From an uncultured Verrucomicrobiae bacterium (GTDB lineage: Bacteria; Verrucomicrobiota; Verrucomicrobiia; Chthoniobacterales; UBA10450): 64,000 nt of DNA. The notes beneath the pieces were generated by a model. The model did no database searches and was not told where the DNA came from. It saw nothing but the letters and a program-made list of their open reading frames with translations. The stretch lies in assembly GCA_963801815.1 (NCBI GenBank), contig CAWDGJ010000002.1:1-64000 (forward strand), given 5' to 3'. Below, one piece after another: positions 11,189 to 20,249 of this stretch (the first letter of the stretch is position 1; every line of letters begins with the position of its first letter). A program made the position numbers and the translations under genes.

Positions 11189-13241
11189 TTGAGATGGCGA
11201 GGTAACGGACGCTTCCAGTTCCTGATCGTGGCGGTTGCGGCAGTGCTCGTGATCGCCGCTGTTGCCTTCCTCATCTTGACTACGAGTAAGCAACCCACCT
11301 CGGAGGCGGCGGGCCAGCAGGTCAATCCCAACGATTGGCCCGAATATATGTACGACGGCGGCAGGAGCGGATTCAATCCGGGGGAGACAAAGCTCTCGCC
11401 TGACAACGCCAGGAACCTCAAGCTGCTCTGGAAGGTGAAGCTAGGCGACGGCTCGCCTATCGCGGCCCAACCCATCGTCTACTCGGGCACCATATACCTG
11501 GGCTCGTGGGACGGCTTTATGTATGCCCTGAACCCTGCCGATGGGTCGGTCAAGTGGAAGAAGGACACGGGCGTCACCAACTCGAGCCTCTGCACTCCCC
11601 CCAAAGCGGGTGTATCGTCGGCCCCAGCCGTCACTAACGACGCGCTCTATTTCGGCGGAGGCGACGGCAACTTCTACGCTCTCAAACCCGACACGGGCGA
11701 CACCCTCTGGACCTTCAAGCTGGGCGACAACAGCGAGCAGGGGGGAGCGTACGCCTGGGTGTCGCCTTTCATCTATAAAGGCAAAGTTTACACCGGCATA
11801 TCCTCGTTCTGCGACCACCCGTTTGTGCCCGGCCAGATGTGGGGGCTGGACGCCGCCACCGGCAAAGTGGCGCAGCAGGTGACCTTCATGCCGGAGGGCC
11901 AGAAGGGCGGCGGATTGTGGACCTCGCCCACCGTGGACGAGGCAAGCGGCGATTTCTTTGTGACAACCGCTTCTGCCGACTTCTACGTGCCCAACGCCTA
12001 CAGCCTGGCGCGGCTCGACCCGCAGACCCTTGAGGTAAAAGACGCCTGGCAGATACCGATGGCGGTGCAGGTGTTCGATGGGGATTGGGGCACCACGCCC
12101 ACCCTCTTTCGCGACAAGGCCGGCGGCGCTGATGGTAGGAGCCTCTGCCAAAAACGGTTACTACTACGCTTTTCACGCCGACAACATACATAGCGGGCCG
12201 GCCTGGACCGTGCAGGTCTCGGACGGTGGCTCGTGCCCTGAGTGCGGGGAGGGCGCTATCTCGTCGAGCGTGTATGCGTACGACACGGTCTACGTGGCGG
12301 GCGGGTACATATCCCTTGGACAGCTACAGAAGTTTGCGGGTGTAGTCAAGGCGCTGGATCCTGGCACGGGGCAGGTGAAGTGGGAACACCCCATGTCGGG
12401 CTCGGTCATTCCGGCCTTGACCGCCGCCAACGGGCTGGTGGTAGCGTGCGGCGGGGATACGGTCGAAGTGCTCAACGCAGTCACGGGCGATCTGCTGTGG
12501 GAGTATGCCACCAACGGCCCTATCTTTTCGCCTGCCACTATAGCAGGCGGGACGCTGTACGTAGCCTCCACCGACGGCTACCTGTACGCCTTCAGCGCGG
12601 GGCCATACCCGAGTTCCGCGACGCCCTATCCTGTTGGCACCGTGGGCGCCAACCCGCCCGGCTTCACGCCGTTTCGCAGCCCGATACCCGCCACGCCGCT
12701 GCCGGGCGACGAGCAGTGCTTCGATAATAAGCTGTGCGTGCACGGCCCATTCCTGCAGTTCTGGCGCGACAAGGGCGGGCTTGATCGCTTCGGGCCGCCC
12801 GCAACGGCGGAGCTCAACGAGGCGGGGCGCACGGTGCAGTATTTCCGCAATGCCGTGCTTGCGCTGTACACGAACGCGGACGGCACGCCCAACGTGCAGC
12901 AACAGACCATCGACTTCCACCTGCAGTTCTATAGCCCTTTCGATGCCCATTTCGGACCTGCCGATCCTGTTTCGGGCGAGACCTACTTCACCCAGACCCA
13001 GCACAACGTGCCCGAGCCATTCCTCTCGTTCTGGAATGCCAATGGCCAGGTGGCAGGTCTCGGCTACCCCGTGAGCGAGCCGCTCAGCGAATATAACGTG
13101 GTGGATGGCCAGACCCGGCGCGTGCAATATTTCGAGCGAGCGCGCCTCGAAATCGTGCCCGACCCCGGCAGCGCAAGCCACGTCGCGCTCGGGGCCATCG
13201 GTCTCCAGAGATACCTGCAGCGGTACGGCAAGCTCCCCTGA
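11189..13241 (+). CDS. membrane-anchored PQQ-type beta-propeller protein with two C-terminal Chloroflexi-type surface repeats (frameshift near 12125)
   Basis: N-terminal TM, DWPEYMYDGGRSG, repeated YALN...G...W blades; tail VHGPFLQFWRDKGGLDRFGPP...VQYFRNA and YFTQTQHNV...FLSFWNANG...LGYPVSE...VQYFERARLE. Confidence 0.8.
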
Positions 13242-13246
13242 GTTTT

Positions 13247-13306
13247 AGAACAAATTTGCGAATTTACGCACAAACTATTGACAAAATAGAACATTTTTGC
13301 TATAAT
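13247..13306 (+). promoter_or_regulatory. consensus sigma70 promoter with two LexA(Cheo)-like boxes
   Basis: TTGACA 13278-13283, 17-bp spacer, TATAAT 13301-13306; AGAAC-AAAT-TTGCG at 13247 and AGAAC-ATTT-TTGCT at 13288 (in the spacer). Confidence 0.7.
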
Positions 13307-13416
13307 TTGATCAGTGGTCGCGACCTGCGTCTTTGCTGAGGGGAGCGCCGGAGCGACACAGCAATCGAGTATTAGAGCCGGATTTTGAGTGATTAGAGCT
13401 TAGGAGGCATTAGTAG

Positions 13417-14341
13417 ATGAGCGCCAGAAAGATGTTACAAGACGAATTAGTAGACGAGCAGACCGGCGACGGCGAGTTCGTGGTAGACCGCCGTCGCGGC
13501 CCCGGAAAAGGGCCAGAAGCTGAGCCTGTCCGCCGAACGGCAACGGAACGGCAACGGCAGCGGCAACGCCAGGCCCAGGGCAGGACCAGCCTTTCGACCC
13601 AACCCAGTACCTCAGCAAGTTCGACGGTCGCGACTACCTCGAAGTGAAGTGGCGCGTAATGTGGCTCAGGCACGAGCACCCGGATGCTCGCATGACCACC
13701 GAGATCGTGCAGCACAACGAGGAAGGCGGATTCGCCCTCTTCCGCGCTGAAGTCGAGATTCCCGGACGGCGGCAAGGCCACCGGCTGGGGCTCCGAGACG
13801 GTGCGCGACTTCCACGACTACATCGAAGCAGCCGAAACCAAGGCCATGGGCCGCGCGCTGGCCGCCCTCGGCTACGGCACGCAGTTCTGCTCCGACTTCG
13901 ACTTCTCGGCCAACGCTCGCCCAGGTACAGCCCAGATCGTGGACGCTCCCGTGAACCTGGCTGATCCGCGCAATATCTCCAGCCGCTCGGCTGGGTTCGT
14001 GCAGAAGGCGATCGGCTTCGCAACGGCAGACGGTGGCTGGACGCAAGCGGCAAGAGCGGCACCTTCGGCAACAGCGGCTTCACCAGCGTGCAGGACGGTG
14101 GGCGCTTGCCCGCCGAGGAAGACGACTTCGACCGCATTCCCGAGGTTCGCCCTGCCGGCTCCGGTGGCCGACCGAGAAGCAGTTGAAGGCCATCTACGCC
14201 ATCGGGAGGGCAAGCAAGCGCCTCTCCGAATCGCAGGTGGACGATCGCTGCGCCGAAGTGTTCGGCGTTCGCCCCAACGAGCTGACCAAGGCCGAAGCCT
14301 CGCAGTTCATCGACATGCTCAAAGGCGAAGCGGCCGCCTAG
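13417..14341 (+). CDS. Rad52/Rad22-superfamily single-strand annealing protein (several frameshifts)
   Basis: SD GGAGG before ATG 13417; stitched frames give FDPTQYLSKFDGRDYLEVKWRVMWLRHEHP...ALFRAEVEIP-GGKATGWGSET..DFHDYIEAAETKAMGRALAALGYGTQF and a C-terminal TEKQLKAIYAI...LTKAEASQFIDML. Confidence 0.65.
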
Positions 14342-14368
14342 AGTAGTGATAAGTCGCCGGTTGTCGAG

Positions 14369-14674
14369 ATGCAGGCAACCGGAACGACGATGGGGACTAA
14401 TACCATGACCGACGAAATGTACACAACCAAACAGGCGGCCCTCTACCTGGGCATAACCGAGGACGACGTGCGCCTGGCCATTCGCGAAGGCAAGCTGCGC
14501 GCCTGGAACCTACCGGTGCAGCGCGGCCTGCTGGTTCGCAAGGGCGACCTGACGCGCTATCGCGACCCCGCCTCGCGCAAGGCTCTCACCCGCCAGCTCC
14601 CTCTCTTTGCTGCGGATAATTTCGACGAAACGCCCACCGCTACGGCTGACAGCGCGGGCAGTCACGTCGCATAA
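14369..14674 (+). CDS. excisionase-like (HTH_17/MerR-type) DNA-binding protein
   Basis: MYTTKQAALYLGITEDDVRLAIREGKLRAW; alternative start ATG 14405. Confidence 0.8.
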   Translation: MQATGTTMGTNTMTDEMYTTKQAALYLGITEDDVRLAIREGKLRAWNLPVQRGLLVRKGDLTRYRDPASRKALTRQLPLFAADNFDETPTATADSAGSHVA

Positions 14675-14804
14675 AAACAGTACATTAGTCCCACTCTTTG
14701 GGTAAAAGTATTGCCCGCCGTTTTGTGCTCATGTAATATTGGCTTATATCCAGACGGTATTTGCGTTATTGGGCGTGGAGCCCTGTGAGGTGAGGTATAG
14801 CCGG

Positions 14805-15382
14805 ATGAACATGAGTGCAACAGATACGGCACCTGCTGACACCGACGTGCAAGAGGAGATGGCACGTGGTGTCGCAGCCGCCCAGGCGGGCGACAAGACG
14901 AGCGCCCATCAGATATTCCAATCCCTTGCGGCGCGCAACGCTTTCATACCTGATATATGGGTGTGGCTTGGCGGCACGAGCTCGAACCTGGAAGAGGCTG
15001 AAGCGGCCTTCCAGCGCGCAGCGCTGCTCGATCCAAGCAATGAAGAAGCCGCTCTCGGCCTCCGATGGGTCGCCCTCCGGCGGCAGATTATAGGGCAGGC
15101 TGGCGCTTCGGACCTTTCGACCGGCGTATTCGACAAAGGCGGCACCGCCACGGCAGGTCTGGCAAGCGGGGCATTGTCCAGCAGCATGGGCACCGGCGAG
15201 CTGAGCAGCGGAGCGCTCACGTCGGCAACGGTTCCATCTGCGGACGCCGATAAGGACGTGAAGGTGAAGGTAGGCAAGGCGGGCGGACGCGGATGAATAT
15301 TCCCGTCGCTGCCATCATCCTCTTCGCTCTTGCGTTCGTACTGTACGCCATCGTCGCCTGGTACCTGATCTTCCAAAAGTAG
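14805..15382 (+). CDS. TPR-like protein with C-terminal membrane anchor (frameshift or ATGA-coupled mini-ORF at 15293)
   Basis: MARGVAAAQAGDK...IWVWLG...AEAAFQRAALLDPSNEEAALGL; hydrophobic MNIPVAAIILFALAFVLYAIVAWYLIFQK in the adjacent frame. Confidence 0.6.
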
Positions 15383-15416
15383 TCAGGGAGCCGAAGGTCG
15401 CATAACAAGCCGATAA

Positions 15417-15445
15417 CGGCGCTCCCCTCGAACTGGGGAGCGCCG
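15417..15445. terminator. GC-rich hairpin, possible terminator
   Basis: CGGCGCTCCCC-7 nt-GGGGAGCGCCG, perfect 11-bp stem, no U-tract. Confidence 0.4.
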
Positions 15446-15454
15446 CCTGCTAAA

Positions 15455-15483
15455 TTGCAATCGAAACATCTCGTAGTTATAAT
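15455..15483 (+). promoter_or_regulatory. sigma70-type promoter for rsfS
   Basis: TTGCAA-N17-TATAAT. Confidence 0.7.
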
Positions 15484-15535
15484 TGGGCTAGAGGGAAGGG
15501 CTTCGAGGTATTTTTCCACAATTGGAGGTCAGCCA

Positions 15536-15880
15536 CTGGAACCAAACGAATTAGCTCGAAGGGCGGTAGATATCGCAGAGGATCGCAAAGCTGAGGATAT
15601 CGTAATGCTCGATATACGCAAAGTGTCGATTATTGCCGACTATTTTGTGATATGCACCGGCACCAGCGACCGCCACGTAAAAGCCATAGCGAGGGAGATC
15701 GACGAGAAGCTTTCGGACGCCGGCGTAAACCCGATCAACGTGGAAGGGATGACCGCAGGCGAGTGGGTACTGATGGACTATGGATCGGTGTTGGTTCATG
15801 TATTCGACAAGGAGAACCGCGAGCACTACCGGTTGGAACAACTTTGGTCAGCTGCTCAGCCTGTGCTGGTAGTCCAGTAG
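15536..15880 (+). CDS. rsfS: ribosome silencing factor (Iojap), probable CTG start
   Basis: DRKAEDIVMLDIRKVSIIADYFVICTGTSDRHVKAI...WVLMDYGSVLVHVF...REHYRLEQLW; GGAGGT 6 nt before CTG. Confidence 0.92.
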   Translation: MEPNELARRAVDIAEDRKAEDIVMLDIRKVSIIADYFVICTGTSDRHVKAIAREIDEKLSDAGVNPINVEGMTAGEWVLMDYGSVLVHVFDKENREHYRLEQLWSAAQPVLVVQ

Positions 15881-15929
15881 AGGCACAAGAGGGTAGCGCA
15901 GCGTCGCGCCGGAGGAGAGGAAGAGGGCA

Positions 15930-16196
15930 ATGCAGGTCAAGACGGAACATGGCACATTGAATATCGGCAACCAGAAGCGACCGGCAATCAGCGTCGCAAT
16001 CGCGCCAAAGACGGCGCCGGGGAACTTTATCCTGGTAGCTCTGCTTGGTATTGCTTTTGGGTTCGTGCTGGGCACCGTGGCCACTGCCCTGCTCGGTGAG
16101 CGCAGCTTACTGCTCGCACAACATCTCTGGACGCGCCTCACAGGCACAGAAAGCGAAGATAGCGACCACGTCCATTTCGAGTTGTTGCTCCAATAA
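15930..16196 (+). CDS. small single-TM hypothetical protein
   Basis: Purine-rich SD GGAAGAGGG; hydrophobic FILVALLGIAFGFVLGTVATALLG; ends HFELLLQ. Confidence 0.6.
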   Translation: MQVKTEHGTLNIGNQKRPAISVAIAPKTAPGNFILVALLGIAFGFVLGTVATALLGERSLLLAQHLWTRLTGTESEDSDHVHFELLLQ

Positions 16197-16203
16197 GAGG
16201 ATT

Positions 16204-16245
16204 GAGCAGAGAAGGGACCGCCCACGGGCGGTCCCTTCTCTGCTC
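16204..16245. terminator. bidirectional hairpin between convergent genes
   Basis: Perfect 20-bp inverted repeat GAGCAGAGAAGGGACCGCCC-AC-GGGCGGTCCCTTCTCTGCTC. Confidence 0.7.
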
Positions 16246-16259
16246 TGACCGGTCACCCC

Positions 16260-16761
16260 TTATAAACCGGCTGCCTCCGGCTCGAAGTCATCGTCCCCAT
16301 CACCGAGGTCGTCGCCGTCGCCGCCCGCGCCCATGCCGCCGATGGCCTCAGGATCGATATCCTCCATTACTTTATCGGGATCTTCGCCCGCCTCGATCCT
16401 GGCCAGGGCCTGGTCGAACTCGGGGCCCATGTCCTCCCCCAGGTTGTCCTTCATACGGCGCGCCCAACGAGCCACCGCACGCGGATCATCTTCGTTCAGC
16501 CCGCTGAACATGTCTCCCATGCCATCCATGTCGCCCATACCGCCAATGTCATCCATGTCGCCCATACCGCCCATGGAATCGCCCGGCGAACTGCCTCGCA
16601 CCATATTGACGCGGGACATGAGCCGCGTCCAATTTCCTGCTGCCGCACCTGGGGCACTCGATTTCGCCCGCTTCAGCTCGCTGCTCCGCTACGCCGAAGC
16701 TGCCGAAGAAGAGGCTGACTTTGCGCCCGCAGGACGCACATCTGTATTCATAAATCGGCAT
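16260..16761 (-). CDS. FmdB-family zinc-ribbon regulatory protein (frameshift near 16625)
   Basis: MPIYEYRCASCG...CPRCGS; continues MSRV...GGMGDM repeats...DDPRAVARWARRMK...GPEFDQALARIEAGEDP. Confidence 0.8.
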
Positions 16762-16794
16762 TGTCCCGATCGTACCTCCGACTCTACTAACTTC

Positions 16795-16837
16795 CGATTA
16801 TACCACGTTATGACGCCTGAGCAGTATGGTATAATCG
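16795..16837. promoter_or_regulatory. back-to-back extended -10 promoters (mutS and FmdB-like gene)
   Basis: TGGTATAAT on both strands, forming an 11-bp inverted repeat with a 21-nt spacer. Confidence 0.6.
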
Positions 16838-16897
16838 CCCTACCGGCACGCCCGTCTACGGGTTGCCGCACAGCATGCTCGCCAGGAAGGACTTAGC

Positions 16898-19786
16898 TTG
16901 GCCGAAACTCCCCTCAGACGCCAATATCTCGCAGATCAAAAGCCAGTATCCCGATACAATCGTTTTCTTTCGCCTGGGCGACTTCTACGAGACTTTCGAC
17001 GATGACGCCGCCATCGTGGCGCGCGTCTGCGACGTCGTACTGACCTCTCGCCCTACCTCCAAAGACAAGCGCATACCTATGGCCGGCGTGCCTTACCATT
17101 CGGCTGAAGGTTACATAGCCAGGCTGGTGCAGGCGGGCTACAAGGTGGCCGTGGCGGAGCAGCTGACCGCTCCTACCGTGGACGAGGAGACGGCGGCTCG
17201 CCGCATAAGGCTCGGCAAGTCGGAGTCGACCCTCACCGCCAACTGGGCCGAGGCGGGCACGCCCACCTACCAGCTTGGCAAGGGCCGCGACCTGGTGGAG
17301 CGCGACGTGGTGCGCGTGATAACGCCAGGCACGGTCACGGAGCCGGGGATGCTGGACGAGCGGCGCAACAACTACATCGTGGCGGCGCTGGTTGAGCAGG
17401 GAATGGCGGGCATCGCCTACGCCGACATCACCACGGGCGAGTTCGCCACAACCGAAATCCATCGCCCTCAGGCCGACCTCCTGTCCGCCGTCCAGCAAGA
17501 ACTCGACCGCCTCCGCCCGGCAGAGCTGCTCGTGCCCGGTGAAGAAGCAGAGCCACAACGGGCGAGCGGGGAGATACCGGGCGTGGACGACCGACGACAG
17601 ACCACGGACGACCGAAGACGAAGGACGAAGGACGAAGGACGAAGGAGGACCGGCGGCCGGCGACGTTTCCTTGGGCTCCGGATCTGCGGTCGAGTTCAGG
17701 GAATCCGCATTCCGCATTCCGCATTCCGCATTCCGACCATTCCGCATTCCCCAGCACTCCTACCGACCCGCAGAACTGGGCACTCGACCCTGCTAGACGG
17801 CGGCTGCTGAAGCATTTCTCTGCGGCTTCGCTGGAGGCTTATGGGTGCGCCAGGCTGCCGCTGGCCATCCGCGCCGCGGGAGCATTGATCGCGTATATAG
17901 GCGAGACCAACAGGAGCGCCCTGACCCAGCTGACCCGGCTCGTCACCTACTCGACCGAGCAGTACATGACGCTCGACCCGCACACGCGGCGCAACCTGGA
18001 GATCTCGGAGGGGCACGAGGGGCGGCGCAACTCGCTCCTGTGGGTGCTGGACGACACGCGCACGGCTATGGGCTCCAGGCTTCTGTCGAGGTGGCTCAAC
18101 CAGCCTCTCCTCGATCTGTCGCGCCTGAACGCCCGCCTGGACGCCGTGGAAGCCTTCGTGGACAGCGCTCTGCTGAGGGTTGAGCTGCGCAGGTCTATTG
18201 AACAACTTGCCCGACCTCGAGCGGCTCTGCACGCGAGCGGTGCAGGGCACCGCGGGCCCGCGCGATATGCTGGCCATCAAGACTGGCGGTCGACCGCCTG
18301 CCCGAGATACGCTCGCTCCTGTCGCGCATCGAAGGCGAGGGCCCGGCGAAGGTGCTCGGCACCCTGGTGAACCGCATCCAGCCCTGCGACGACATCTCGG
18401 AGCTCATCGGCAGGGCCATCTCTGACGACCCGCCGGCGATACTGGGCACGGGCGACGCCATACGGCCCGGCTTCAGCCCGGAGCTTGACACTCTGCGCTC
18501 TGCCTCCCGCGACGCCAAGGGCTGGATAGCCGGGCTGGAGGCCCAGGAGCGCGAAAAGATCGGGCATCCGCAGCCTCAAGGTGGGCTACAACAAGGTCTT
18601 CGGCTACTACATCGAGATCTCCAACTCCAACTCGGAATCGGTTCCCTCCGACTATATCCGCAAGCAGACGTTAGTAGGGGCGAGCGCTACATCACGCCCG
18701 AGCTGAAGGAGTACGAGAACCTGATCCTGAACGCGCAGGAGCGCCTGGTCGAGCTGGAGAGGGCGGCCTTCGGAGAAGTGCTGCGGGGAGTGTCGGCCTG
18801 CGCGCCCAGGCTGTTGCAGGTGTCCGAGTCGCTGGCGCTGCTGGATGTGTTCAGCGCGCTGGGCGAGATAGCCGTGCGGAACAATTACGCGAGGCCACAT
18901 CTGGACGGCGGCACGGCCATCCACATCGAGAGGGCAGACACCCGGTGGTCGAGAAGACCTTGCGGGACGAACTGTTCGTGCCCAACGACACGCAGCTCGA
19001 CAGCGAGGACGCGCCGATCATCCTGCTGACCGGGCCGAATATGGCGGGCAAGAGCGTCTACATCAAGCAGGTGGCGCTGATCGTGCTGATGGCGCAGATC
19101 GGGTCGTTCGTGCCGGCCGAGGAGGCGCGCATCGGGCTGGTGGACCGCATCTTCACCCGGGTCGGCGCGCAGGACGACATCGCCACGGGCCGCAGCACCT
19201 TCATGGTGGAGATGGTGGAGACGGCCAATATCCTCAACCACGCCACCGACCGCTCGCTGGTCATCCTGGACGAGATCGGGCGCGGCACGAGCACCTACGA
19301 CGGCCTGGCCATCGCTCGGGCGGTCGTCGAGTACATCCACAACTCGCCCAGGCTTGGAGCCAAGACTCTCTTCGCGACGCATTACCACGAGCTGACCGAG
19401 CTGGAGACGCTGCTGCCGCGGGTGCGCAACTACAACGTGGCGGTGGCCGAGGACGGGCGAGCAGGTGGTCTTCCTGCACAAGATCGTGCCCGGCGGCGCG
19501 GACCGCTCGTACGGCATCCACGTGGCGCAGGCTGGCGGGTCTGCCCAGGGCGATCCTCCGGCGGGCTGAAGACATCTTGCAGGACCTGGAAAAAGGTGGC
19601 GCAAAAGAAGCCCGCCGCAAAGCCATGCAGCAGCCCGCGGACGGAGCGGCGCAATTACAGATGTCCTTCTCCGCAGGCCCGGACCCCATCAGGGAAGAGC
19701 TAGGTAGCCTTAGGCCGGAGGAGATGTCCCCGCTGGAGGCGCTGGGCGTGCTGTACGAGTTGCACAAGAAGGCGAAAGAGTTGTAA
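16898..19786 (+). CDS. mutS: DNA mismatch repair protein MutS (multiple frameshifts)
   Basis: [80 protein letters not shown] start after AGGAAGG. Confidence 0.95.
17586..17750. repeat. heptamer tandem arrays (GACGAAG/GACGACC)n and (TCCGCAT)n inside mutS
   Basis: 17586-17645 and 17704-17750. Confidence 0.85.
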
Positions 19787-19835
19787 CGATTTACGACCAA
19801 AAGATGAATAGGTGGACCTTTTCGGAGGGCGAACT

Positions 19836-20162
19836 ATGTATAGGTCTAACAAACGCCTCCTACTCATAGCAAGCCTAATCATCCTGCCATTCATCGTCAC
19901 TGCCTTGGGCCTCGGCAGTTTGGCAGGATATGTCGGCCTAACCAACGATCCTCTCAGCTACTTTGGACAGAATTTCGGGTTGACGATATCGCCCTGGGAC
20001 GCGAATCCTATGCCTGGTCTTGGCAGTATTAGCGCTACAAAAGAATATGTCTTGGCTGGGGTAGGTGGGAGCTCCTATGCTACTCGTCTGTTTTGCAACT
20101 CCTATGATTATGAGGGATTCCAGTTGGGAACTATATTCTTTAGGTACTGGGAATGTAGATAA
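19836..20162 (+). CDS. small exported/membrane hypothetical protein
   Basis: GGAGG SD, N-terminal hydrophobic helix, visibly AT-richer than its neighbours. Confidence 0.55.
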   Translation: MYRSNKRLLLIASLIILPFIVTALGLGSLAGYVGLTNDPLSYFGQNFGLTISPWDANPMPGLGSISATKEYVLAGVGGSSYATRLFCNSYDYEGFQLGTIFFRYWECR

Positions 20163-20186
20163 ACGATACAGCAGCTAAAACTCATA

Positions 20187-20237
20187 GCGAAAAGAAAACG
20201 AAGCCTTCGTTTGTGATAGCTTCGTTTTCTTTTTCGC
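20187..20237. terminator. bidirectional intrinsic terminator
   Basis: GCGAAAAGAAAACGAAGC...GCTTCGTTTTCTTTTTCGC between convergent genes. Confidence 0.7.
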
Positions 20238-20249
20238 CCTGGGGATCGT

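Noticed and set aside
13417..14674. Intact prophage or ICE around the SSAP and Xis-like genes
   Set aside because: No integrase, structural, replication or conjugation genes; the flanks are chromosomal
17586..17750. Repeat arrays (also 2581-2742, 4339-4413, 45077-45228) as CRISPR
   Set aside because: These are 7-nt tandem units without unique spacers, and there are no cas genes
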